A stretch of DNA of 64,000 nt, from NCBI GenBank assembly GCA_977020255.1, contig CDROCS010000506.1:496001-560000 (forward strand), written 5' to 3'. The notes below the pieces were generated by a model. That model did not search any database. It was given only the letters and a program-made list of their open reading frames with translations, and was not told the origin of the DNA. Positions 29,198-40,400 of this stretch are shown one piece after another. Origin of the DNA: Obrimoposthia wandeli (lineage: Eukaryota). The translations under genes and the position numbers were made by a program. The first letter of the stretch is position 1. Each line of letters begins with the position of its first letter.

Positions 29198-30591
29198 TGC
29201 CCACCCTCTTCGCTGGTTAATTTATCTAAAAGACTGATATCGAACTCACGCTTAAATGGGATCATGGTATCGGAAACTGCCGCTAACGTAGTTAAATTAA
29301 GAGGACCAAATAAAGCATGCAGCTTAGTGATATTAATAATGTAGTCGTATTGATTAGTATAATAATCGCGAATACTATCAAAAAGATCGGACTCTGCGCT
29401 GAGTAAATCAGTTAACGTCTTAGACCCTATTTTGTAAGCTCTTTGCATACCTTTATAAACAGAGTAATTCGATTTTACGACAGACGTTAATAAACTTAAC
29501 GATTCAACGTTATTGTTAATTTGAAAAACCAGCTCTTCAAAGCTTAGTTGGGAATCATTAATCGATTGTTCATAACGCGATGACAGCTGCGCTAGCTCAT
29601 TTTTACTTTTTTGATAATTAAAATAATTCGCCCCGCCATTAGTTATCGGGATACTGAGGTTGAGGCTGTAAATCATTTCATCGGTATCACTGCCCCCACT
29701 TAAATTACTATCAGTAAACTCGTAGTTAGCAGATGCTGACAAGGTTGGGTAAAAATCTGCGCGTGATTGTTTCAATGAATCTTCGCTGCGAGCAAGGTTA
29801 TTCTTCGCGATCACAATGTCATAATTACGCTCAAATAAACGCGTTTGTAACGCTGCTTTTTCGGTATCATCAATACCGACGTATTTATAAGACAACTCTA
29901 GATCATAAGCAGGTAAGACACTGCTTTGAGATACGGACCTTAGTTTAATCAAGCCAATATTAATATTACGCTGAATATTGGCTAGTTGGCGTCCATTTGA
30001 ATCTTGCTGTGCTTTCGCTTCATAGACATCGGTTTTCGGTAGATTACCTAATTCATGATTACGCTTGATTTGCTTTAATCGCGCTTGAGAAGAAGTGAGT
30101 TCTGCTTTTGTGGCTTTTAGTTGTGCTTGAAACTTAAGAAATGAAAAGTAATTATCGACAACGCCCACGATAGTATCGTTAACAATCTTGTGATGACGTA
30201 ACGCCTCAATTTGATAATCAGTATCACTGATATTATACGCGTAGATATCTGCAAAATTAAAAATGGTCTGGTTAACGGATACGTTATAGCCATTACTGTT
30301 ATAGCTATCAGCACTCGCTATACCTGAACGTGGTTTAACCTCCTTGTCATTCCAGCGCGTATTGACACCAGCTTCTATACTTGGGAAAAAAGCAGACATA
30401 CTTGTTTTTCGATCCCAGCCTGATGACTGCAATTCAAATTCTGCATTTTTGATATTATAGTTATTCGCAATGGTGTGCTCTATCAACGTTGAGAGTTCAC
30501 TGTTTACCGTTTGATTTACATTCGCCGCGGTCGCTTTAGTGGCAGTCCCTGCCACTGCAAATACCGAAATAAATAAATAAGCTGCTTTCAT
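29194..30591 (-). CDS. TolC-family outer-membrane efflux protein
   Basis: Signal peptide; duplicated TolC pattern (SAFFPSIEAG / ADFYPTLSAS), DLLSAE. Confidence 0.88.
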   Translation of the reverse strand: MKAAYLFISVFAVAGTATKATAANVNQTVNSELSTLIEHTIANNYNIKNAEFELQSSGWDRKTSMSAFFPSIEAGVNTRWNDKEVKPRSGIASADSYNSNGYNVSVNQTIFNFADIYAYNISDTDYQIEALRHHKIVNDTIVGVVDNYFSFLKFQAQLKATKAELTSSQARLKQIKRNHELGNLPKTDVYEAKAQQDSNGRQLANIQRNINIGLIKLRSVSQSSVLPAYDLELSYKYVGIDDTEKAALQTRLFERNYDIVIAKNNLARSEDSLKQSRADFYPTLSASANYEFTDSNLSGGSDTDEMIYSLNLSIPITNGGANYFNYQKSKNELAQLSSRYEQSINDSQLSFEELVFQINNNVESLSLLTSVVKSNYSVYKGMQRAYKIGSKTLTDLLSAESDLFDSIRDYYTNQYDYIINITKLHALFGPLNLTTLAAVSDTMIPFKREFDISLLDKLTSEEGGQ

Positions 30592-32813
30592 TAACCGACT
30601 TTCCTTATCGCCGTGTATTTTTTGATCACCGAATAGATTTCATCAGTTTTATAAGGTTTACTGATAACGTAATCCATACCGGCATCAATACACTGTTTAT
30701 GCTCAGCTTTACTGGTTAAACCGGTAGCACCGATAATGGTGCAATTGGCTTGCCTTTGTGTTGATTCATATCTTCGTATTAGTTGCGTAGCCTCCATACC
30801 GCCCATCCCCGGCATAATACAATCCATGAAAATCATGTCATATTGATGCACGGCAACGTTATCAAGGGCTTTTTTACCATCATCAACCGTCTCACATTCA
30901 AAGCCCAGATTATTTAAAATCTTCTTCAAGATAAATTGTTGGATCTTGTCATCTTCAACAATTAAGAATTTACTACTTTGTTCGGTGTTAACTTCGTTAT
31001 CTTGATTAAACGTGTCAACAATATTGCTGATAAATTCAGTCGGGATAAAGGGCTGATAAAATACGCGATCAACGTGGTTATAAATACCATCGAGTACGGC
31101 ACTTCCCGTCATTGAAATGAAGAGTTTAATACGTTTTTTGGCTAACCTAGACCGTAAGGTTTTACAGAATGAATTAAGGTTAACACCGGAAATTGAGTCT
31201 GTTAAAAACACCGCATCATTCTCATTCAGAAGGTGCATTGCTTTCAATATACTGGATGCTGTTGGCGCAATAATAATGTCAGCACCTTGTGCTTCAAGCG
31301 TCTTAGCAATAACGTCTATCTGCATTGCAGATTCACCACATACAATAATCTTTTTAGTCGCTAACAAATCATTATGTTTTTGGTATTCAGCTGCATTGAT
31401 GTCAAAGGAAACAGTCAATCTATTCACATTTTCAAGGCTGGATTGATTTGCTTGATAATCACCGACACCACTGAATAAGTTCTGAGATAACTCTTGATGG
31501 GCGATATCGTTACGCTTATTACCTTGCCAATCTAAAGCTTGCAGTGATTGCATTGAATCAAAGCTATCGTCATATTGATAAAGTTCAAAATCTACCCGTA
31601 ATTTATCCACGCGTTTAGCACTACTGCAGTTAACCATTAACACATTTTTGGTATATTTTGAACTCGAGAGAGTGTTAGAAAACTGCATCAATAACAACCA
31701 GAATAGACGTGACTGATTCCCATGAAACTTAGTCGGCAGTGTATTTTCTACATAACATTCTATCGATTGTGATGACTGCTTAGACTTACTATCAATTAAT
31801 ACAAACAGCTCGCTGAGCAACCCATATGAATCAATCAAGGTTTCATTATTGTCTGCTTCAATTGCCGATAAACTATTAAAATTATCCGCTAAATTTTCCA
31901 GTGTATTCGTTGCAGTGATCACCTCTTTCGCCAGTAATGCACCATCTTCGTCACTGTCTTTAACAAGTAACTTAACGCAGCCTTGAATGGTATTCGTGAT
32001 CCCCCTGACTTCATAACCTAATAAATTATATAAACGCTGGAGTAAATCTGTTTTTGATTTTTGTATTTCCAATTCTTCAAAATTAAACAACAATTTCGCA
32101 TAAATATTCTTTTCTATTTGGCTGGTATTGATGTTGCGAATACGCTGTTCTATTTCACTATAATCAATGTTCTTAATATCATTAGAAATACTCTTAAACG
32201 TGCTTTCAGTTTCCAACTTCGCGTTAACCGCAGCCGCTAAACTACGGCGACTATTATAGTGGTAATAACTAAACAACATTAATAAACCCAAGCTAAATAA
32301 TCCCCCTAGATAGAGCTGCGAGCTAGAGTCTGCAGTATTTTTTTGCTGGTAGTTTGAAATAATATTGTTCAATTCAACAGAACTGCTGAGTAATACAGTA
32401 TCCAATTGTCTATTTAACTCACCAATATCCTGTATTTCATTATATTTATTTATATATAATTCAATTAAGTCAAAATCTAATATACCGGTAGACATAACTA
32501 GTTGCTTTTCTTTCGAGACCTCAGCATGAAATCCATCAATAGCTTGAACCAGTTTGCCAGTGAATAAACTTAGCTGAGCCGTATTGCAACTAAACTCGCC
32601 ACCATTACACATACTTAACGCTGTCGTGAGTTGCGAGATTTGGTCGATCACTACTTGTGATTTAGTCACTAATAATGCCTGACTATCTTGTTCTTTATTA
32701 CGGTCTGAAATAAGATTTTCACCGTAAATATAAACAAACTGGAAGACCAAGGCCAAAACAGTGACGATAAAAATCACACGTAAGCGCGTGGCTGAGAAGT
32801 GAGTATTGGTCAT
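30591..32813 (-). CDS. Hybrid sensor-kinase-like protein with degenerate HisKA/HATPase and C-terminal receiver
   Basis: Two TM helices, GYEVRGIT at the H-box, pseudo-receiver, C-terminal VEDD...FMDCIMP...SKP. Confidence 0.75.
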   Translation of the reverse strand: MTNTHFSATRLRVIFIVTVLALVFQFVYIYGENLISDRNKEQDSQALLVTKSQVVIDQISQLTTALSMCNGGEFSCNTAQLSLFTGKLVQAIDGFHAEVSKEKQLVMSTGILDFDLIELYINKYNEIQDIGELNRQLDTVLLSSSVELNNIISNYQQKNTADSSSQLYLGGLFSLGLLMLFSYYHYNSRRSLAAAVNAKLETESTFKSISNDIKNIDYSEIEQRIRNINTSQIEKNIYAKLLFNFEELEIQKSKTDLLQRLYNLLGYEVRGITNTIQGCVKLLVKDSDEDGALLAKEVITATNTLENLADNFNSLSAIEADNNETLIDSYGLLSELFVLIDSKSKQSSQSIECYVENTLPTKFHGNQSRLFWLLLMQFSNTLSSSKYTKNVLMVNCSSAKRVDKLRVDFELYQYDDSFDSMQSLQALDWQGNKRNDIAHQELSQNLFSGVGDYQANQSSLENVNRLTVSFDINAAEYQKHNDLLATKKIIVCGESAMQIDVIAKTLEAQGADIIIAPTASSILKAMHLLNENDAVFLTDSISGVNLNSFCKTLRSRLAKKRIKLFISMTGSAVLDGIYNHVDRVFYQPFIPTEFISNIVDTFNQDNEVNTEQSSKFLIVEDDKIQQFILKKILNNLGFECETVDDGKKALDNVAVHQYDMIFMDCIMPGMGGMEATQLIRRYESTQRQANCTIIGATGLTSKAEHKQCIDAGMDYVISKPYKTDEIYSVIKKYTAIRKVG

Positions 32814-32814
32814 G

Positions 32815-34143
32815 TTATCTCTCATCAAAAGACTCATCGAGTGCAGTTATAACGGGTTTAAGTGCGTAATCAATTACTTTGCGAGTGCCCGTTTTAATAT
32901 CCGCGGTAAATTCCATATAAGGCGTGAGATAATATTTACTGCCCGCTTTATCAAGGTAGTGGCTATCCATGACTATTTTCGCAATATAATATTCAGCGTC
33001 ATCATCTTTGTAAGAACTACGTGATATTGACGATATAACACCATTTACAACACCGTATTTAGAAAAGCTATATGAATCAAATTTCAATTTAACAGCCTGC
33101 CCTTTTTCAACAAAACCAACGTCTTTACGTGGGATTTTGATTTCGCCGTGCAGGGTATTATTTAACGGGGTGATATCAGCGATACTGTCACCAGGGGCAA
33201 TGACGGCTGAGATATAGTTGTAGTGCACTTTATCAACGGTGCCATCAACTGGTGAGAACACTAATAAGCGCTCAACCTTGTCACGGATGGTCGGTAACTG
33301 AGTTTGCTTTACACCTAAGATTTTATTGGTATCGGTGATTTGACTTTGATATTCGCTATTTCTAGATTGGCGACTATCTATTAATGCCTTTTCCAATCGA
33401 ATAAGTGCATAACGTTCATTCAATGTCGCTTCTTCTAGATTCTCAATTTCCCTGACCATGTTCATACGCTGCACTTTCATATTTAGTACATCGACATAAG
33501 ACAGCATTTCTTCTTTATATAATTGAGTTTTAATCGACAATTGTTCAGAGATTAAAGCCAGCTGATTATTTGAAGACTTAATGCGCTTAGCCATCGATAC
33601 TATCAAGCCACTTTTGTGGTTAATATCATGTTCAACAAGCTGATCGTTCGACAGGTTTTTTTGCGATTCTTCTAACCATGATCGTCGATATTGTTGAACA
33701 AGAGCTGGATAACCAGAAAAACCTAAAAACGATGGTTCAAGCTGATTTATTAATGCTTTGTTCTTAATCAGGCTTAATTGTAAGTCCGCAATTTCAAGTT
33801 GGGTTTTATTTAATTCACTGGTTCTGTCTTGCGATGTTAGCGCTGCTATTTTCTGACCTTTGTAAACAAGATCACCTGGTGATATATAAATTTCATCTAA
33901 AATACCCCCCTCTAAATGCTGGACCTTTTCAACATCGGTATCTAACAATACTTCCCCGCGAGTAGACACAGTTATATCAAGTTGTGCAATTGAAGCCCAA
34001 ATAATAGCTATCAAAGCAAATACAGACATAAGTAGAAATACTTTATGTTTCGTCACTTTTTGTACTGCCATACTATTAGTGTGTTCACCACTGGTATGGC
34101 AATGATTAATCGAGCTTTCTATAATTTTATCCAAATTAGACAT
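32815..34143 (-). CDS. Type I secretion membrane fusion protein (HlyD family)
   Basis: VQHLEGGILDEI, SPVDGTV, VKLKFDSYSFSKYG, LTPYMEFTADIKTG. Confidence 0.92.
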   Translation of the reverse strand: MSNLDKIIESSINHCHTSGEHTNSMAVQKVTKHKVFLLMSVFALIAIIWASIAQLDITVSTRGEVLLDTDVEKVQHLEGGILDEIYISPGDLVYKGQKIAALTSQDRTSELNKTQLEIADLQLSLIKNKALINQLEPSFLGFSGYPALVQQYRRSWLEESQKNLSNDQLVEHDINHKSGLIVSMAKRIKSSNNQLALISEQLSIKTQLYKEEMLSYVDVLNMKVQRMNMVREIENLEEATLNERYALIRLEKALIDSRQSRNSEYQSQITDTNKILGVKQTQLPTIRDKVERLLVFSPVDGTVDKVHYNYISAVIAPGDSIADITPLNNTLHGEIKIPRKDVGFVEKGQAVKLKFDSYSFSKYGVVNGVISSISRSSYKDDDAEYYIAKIVMDSHYLDKAGSKYYLTPYMEFTADIKTGTRKVIDYALKPVITALDESFDER

Positions 34144-34445
34144 ATTTTGAATGCCTCCCTTTCTGTGCTACAACGCCATCATCCATGTGCTATAAAACAT
34201 AATAATAATTCACTAAAGATAAACCCAAATAGACAATCCAACCAAAGCGCACCAACAATTTAGCATCACATATATTTGATATTAGTAGTTAAATATATGT
34301 GATCAAATCGTATATATCTAAAGTAATACATAAATATGTCGTATCGCTCTTATTTTTCATAAATAAATCACCAAAATTACCAAAACTACAACTACATTAA
34401 CTATAAGCGTTTGTTAATTAACATATGACAAGAAAGGAATGATCT

Positions 34446-37400
34446 ATGTCTACAGAGAACAATGGCAATATTCTAAACGATGCAGTTGAGCAAGTTAATA
34501 CTGATGAAACCTCGATAAGACCGTCGGAAGGAACTGCTAACCAAAACAACCAACAGTCAACAACTGCAAATACTGTTGCCACTGGCGCAGATCTTCAGGC
34601 CCCGCAAGTTTCTGCCGATAGTCAGCCCGCAGAAAGTAGTTCTGAAGATAATCAAGGACGAGACGAGAACTCAAACTCTCAAGGCCAGCAAAATCAATCA
34701 CCAAATACAGCAAACGAGCAGTCAAACTCAGCGCAATCATCACCGGTTGGTAATGGCGAAAATCAAGAAGAGACTAATAAACCGAACAGCTCACAAAATA
34801 ATGACGTACAAGATGTGGGTGGAGCAGAACCGTCACAACAAGGCCTAGATAATGGTCGACAATCCAACCAACAAAATGAACCACAAAATCAAGAGTCAGA
34901 AAATGCGCCCTCTGCCAATGGCAGGGAACAAAATAACAGTGATGAAATTACTGATAATCACTCGTTTGACGTTAACGTCGCAGGTCCAACAAGATCTGAT
35001 GAACTAGAGAATAGCGACTCAATTGAAGATGAATTTAGCTTTGATGTCGACATAACTGCCGTCAATGACGCTGTCGTCATCGATACAAACAGTATTCCCG
35101 CATTTAATACCGATGAAGACAACCTGATCCACATTACTGAAGCCGCGCTATTAGCCAATGCAAGTGATGTTGATGGCGATGATTTAACGGTTACGAATCT
35201 CAGTATCGATAACGCCACGTTCACCACTGTGATTGACCCAGAAACAGGCGACCGCACATTTATCGTCACACCTGATGAAAATGTAAATGGCGATCTAGCG
35301 ATCAACTTTAATGTCACCGACTCACAAGGTAGCACTGTCGTTTCCGGAGCTGAGTTAGTTGTTGAAGCTGTTAACGATGCCCCGGTATTAGCTGAAACAA
35401 TCTTCACCATTAACGAAGACAATAGCATTATCATCACACCAGCGGATCTGCTCCCAAACATCAGTGATGTTGATGGCGATACTGTGACCGTCACTGATAT
35501 CAACGCAAATGACCACGGTAGTGTGACTCAAAATACAGATGGTAATTGGGTATTCACCCCTGATGAAAACTATGCCGGTGACGCAACACTAACGATTTCA
35601 CTATCTGATGGAACAGCTACTACCGAACACAACGCAACGGTTTCAATCACGCCCGATGCCGATGCGCCATCACTCACAGTGTCACCTGCAGAAACGGTAT
35701 TAATTGACTCTGAATCAGCCCCATCAATAACGACAGGCTGGCTCACTGACAATGCTAATGGTTACATTGAAACCCACCCAGACCACGTTTACACTGGTAT
35801 CAATGAAGGCCGTGGTAACGTCATTGAACTTGAAGCAAACCGTGGCGATGAGTCAAATATCTATCAAGACTTGAATGTCTCTGCTGGCGACACAGTTACG
35901 TTAAGCTTCGATCTTTCTGCCCGTAAAAACTACGAAGGCGAAGACTCTCAGGTTAATGTCTATTTCGACGGTGAGTTAGTGGATGTCATTATTCCTGAAC
36001 AAGTTGGCTGGAATACTTTCACCTACCAACTAACAGCGACAACTGATAACCCACGTCTTGAGTTTAATGCTCCTGGCGATAATAGCCTCGGCGCAGTACT
36101 GGATCAGATCAACGTTGTTGAAACCGAAATATTTGCCGAAGATACCGCTGTGAGTCTAGATATCAATGCGGCGCTAACAGATACCGACGGCAGTGAAGAG
36201 ATTGATTCAATTGTCCTTGATGCTGTCATGGTCGGCGCGACAATAACCGATGGCACCAACGAGTTTGTTGCTAGCGAAGGTAATGACAGTGTTGATGTGA
36301 AAGACTGGGATCTAAGCACCCTCACCTTCCAAGGTCCACAAGATTTTGTCGGCGATGTGTCATTAGATGTCACCGTCACAGCAGTTGAAACAGCCAATGG
36401 TGACAGTGCACAAACAACTGAAACCATCGAATTCAATGTATTCAACGTCAATGACCCTGTCGTCATTGATGAAAACAGTACCCCTGCATTTAATACCGAC
36501 GAAGATAGCGTGATCCACATTACCGAGGCGGCGCTATTAGCCAATGCAAGTGATGTTGATGGCGATGATTTAACGGTAACGAATCTCAGTATCGATAACG
36601 CCACGTTCACAACTGTGATTGACCCAGAAACAGGCGACCGCACGTTTATTGTGACTCCTGATGAAAATGTAAATGGCGATCTAGCGATCAACTTTAATGT
36701 CACCGACTCACAAGGTAGCACTGTCGTTTCCGGAGCTGAGTTAGTTGTTGAAGCTGTTAACGATGCCCCGGTATTAGCTGAAACAATCTTCACCATTAAC
36801 GAAGACAATAGCATTATCATCACACCAGCGGATCTGCTCCCAAACATCAGTGATGTTGATGGCGATACTGTGACCGTCACTGATATCAACGCAAATGACC
36901 ACGGTAGTGTGACTCAAAATACAGATGGTAATTGGGTATTCACCCCTGATGAAAACTATGCCGGTGACGCAACACTAACGATTTCACTATCTGATGGAAC
37001 AGCTACTACCGAACACAACGCAACGGTTTCAATCACGCCCGATGCCGATGTACCATCACTCACAGTGTCACCTGCAGAAACAGTATTAATTGACTCTGAA
37101 TCAGCCCCATCAATAACGACAGGCTGGCTCACTGACAATGCTAATGGTTACATTGAAACCCACCCAGACCACGTTTACACTGGTATCAATGAAGGCCGTG
37201 GTAACGTCATTGAACTTGAAGCAAACCGTGGCGATGAGTCAAATATCTATCAAGACTTGAATATCTCTGCTGGCGACACAGTTACGTTAAGCTTCGATCT
37301 TTCTGCCCGTAAAAACTACGAAGGCGAAGACTCTCAGGTTAATGTCTATTTCGACGGTGAGTTAGTGGATGTCATTATTCCTGAACAAGTTGGCTGGAAT

Positions 37401-40400
37401 ACTTTCACCTACCAACTAACAGCGACAACTGATAACCCACGCCTTGAGTTTAATGCTCCTGGCGATAATAGCCTCGGCGCAGTACTCGATCAGATAAACG
37501 TTGTTGAAACCGAAATATTTGCCGAAGATACTGCCGTAAGCCTAGATATCAACGCAGCGCTAATCGATACCGACGGCAGTGAAGAGATTGATTCAATTGT
37601 CCTTGATGCTGTCATGGTCGGCGCGACAATAACCGATGGCACCAACGAGTTTGTTGCTAGCGAAGGTAATGACAGTGTTGATGTGAAAGACTGGGATCTA
37701 AGCACCCTCACCTTCCAAGGCCCACAAGATTTTGTCGGTGATGTGTCGTTAGATGTTACTGTCACAGCAGTTGAAACAGCCAATGGTGACAGTGCACAAA
37801 CAACTGAAACCATCGAATTCAATGTATTCAACGTCAATGACCCTGTCGTCATTGATGAAAACAGTACCCCTGCATTTAATACCGACGAAGATAGCGTGAT
37901 CCACATTACCGAGGCGGCGCTATTAGCCAATGCAAGTGATGTTGATGGCGATGATTTAACGGTCACAAACCTCAGTATCGATAACGCCACGTTCACCACT
38001 GTGATTGACCCAGAAACAGGCGACCGCACATTTATTGTGACACCTGATGAAAACGTCAATGGCGATCTAGCGATCAACTTTAATGTCACTGATTCACAAG
38101 GTAGCACTGTCGTTTCCGGAGCTGAGTTAGTTGTTGAAGCTGTTAACGATGCCCCCGTATTAGCTGAAACAATCTTCACCATTAACGAAGACAATAGCAT
38201 TATCATCACACCAGCGGATCTGCTCCCAAACATCAGTGATGTTGATGGCGATACTGTGACCGTCACTGATATCAACGTAAATGACCACGGTAGTGTGACT
38301 CAAAATACAGATGGTAATTGGGTATTCACCCCTGATGAAAACTATGCCGGTGACGCAACACTAACGATTTCACTATCTGATGGAACAGCTACTACCGAAC
38401 ACAACGCAACGGTTTCAATCACGCCCGATGCCGATGCGCCATCACTCACAGTGTCACCTGCAGAAACGGTATTAATTGACTCTGAATCAGCCCCATCAAT
38501 AACGACAGGCTGGCTCACCGATAATGCTAATGGTTACATTGAAACCCACCCAGACCACGTTTACACTGGTATCAATGAAGGCCGTGGTAACGTCATTGAA
38601 CTTGAAGCAAACCGTGGCGATGAGTCAAATATCTATCAAGACTTGAATGTCTCTGCTGGCGACACAGTTACGTTAAGCTTCGATCTTTCTGCCCGTAAAA
38701 ACTACGAAGGCGAAGACTCTCAGGTTAATGTCTATTTCGACGGTGAGTTAGTGGATGTCATTATTCCTGAACAAGTTGGCTGGAATACTTTCACCTACCA
38801 ACTAACAGCGACAACTGATAACCCACGCCTTGAGTTTAATGCTCCTGGCGATAATAGCCTCGGCGCAGTACTCGATCAGATCAACGTTGTTGAAACCGAA
38901 ATATTTGCCGAAGATACCGCAGTTAGTCTAGATATCAACGCGGCGCTAACAGATACCGACGGCAGTGAAGAGATTGATTCAATTATCCTTGATGCTGTCA
39001 TGGTCGGCGCGACAATAACCGATGGCACCAACGAGTTTGTTGCTAGCGAAGGTAATGACAGTGTTGATGTGAAAGACTGGGATCTAAGCACCCTCACCTT
39101 CCAAGGCCCACAAGATTTTGTCGGTGATGTGTCGTTAGATGTCACCGTTACAGCAGTTGAAACAGCCAATGGTGACAGTGCACAAACAACTGAAACCATC
39201 GAATTCAATGTATTCAACGTCAATGACCCTGTCGTCATTGATGAAAACAGTACCCCTGCATTTAATACCGACGAAGATAGCGTGATCCACATTACCGAGG
39301 CGGCGCTATTAGCCAATGCAAGTGATGTTGATGGCGATGATTTAACGGTAACGAATCTCAGTATCGATAACGCCACGTTCACAACTGTGATTGACCCTGA
39401 AACAGGCGACCGCACGTTTATTGTGACTCCTGATGAAAATGTAAATGGCGATCTAGCGATCAACTTTAATGTCACCGACTCACAAGGTAGCACTGTCGTT
39501 TCCGGAGCAGAGTTAGTTGTTGAAGCTGTTAATGATCCAGTGATTGCCAATGATGATGACACAATATCAAGCCAGCCAGCCATGATCCGCATGGATGAAG
39601 AACCCGATTTCGGTAGTCTACAATATCAAAACGAAGCAGGTGAATGGGCTGATATGGTCACAGGTCAGGAATATGACGCTGATACTGATTTACAATTTAT
39701 GCCTGATGAAAATATGGTGCTTGCTGCCACTCGAGATATCAGAATTGGTAGTTTTGATAACGACACATCAACACATGTTTTTGATGGTACAGCTGAAACC
39801 AGTGATTGGGGCGAAGTCCGCGATAACGCAGCAGTATACACAGATGGTGACCTCACGATCACCACGCAAGTCAGTAGTGGCGATCTAACCGCTTGGAATG
39901 GTGCTGGTACATCAGTCGGTGCAGGCATCGGTAATGATTCGAGACATGGATTAAGTAATGAAGAAACCTTAACCGTTACGATAGAAGGTGAAGACGTTAA
40001 CCAAATAACCTTCCAACTGGATGGTCTTGGTGGTTATTTTGATAGTACCAATAGCCATGCAACCGAAGTCATCATTACTGCCTATGACAAAGAAGGTAAT
40101 GAAATTGATTCACAAGGTGATTTCCGCGAGTCGGGTAATTACCAAGATACTTATTCATTCTCGACAACGCAGCCTGTGCATCACTTTGAATTAGGTACAA
40201 CTGGCGGTAATGGTACTTACGTAGTACAGAACATGACTGTGTCACGAGTGGCTAACGAAGAATTACAGCTAACAACCATACAAGGTGACGGCAGTGAAAC
40301 CAGTAATGCGTTAAGCTTAGTTCTCGACCATGATAATGCGGCGAACCCTAGTGATGTCACTGAAGCACTTATCGATATTGACACGACAATAACAACATCG

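Noticed and set aside
34958-39592. Repeated minus-strand ORFs of 181-261 aa
   Set aside because: Antisense shadows of the adhesin repeat, recurring at the 1386-bp period
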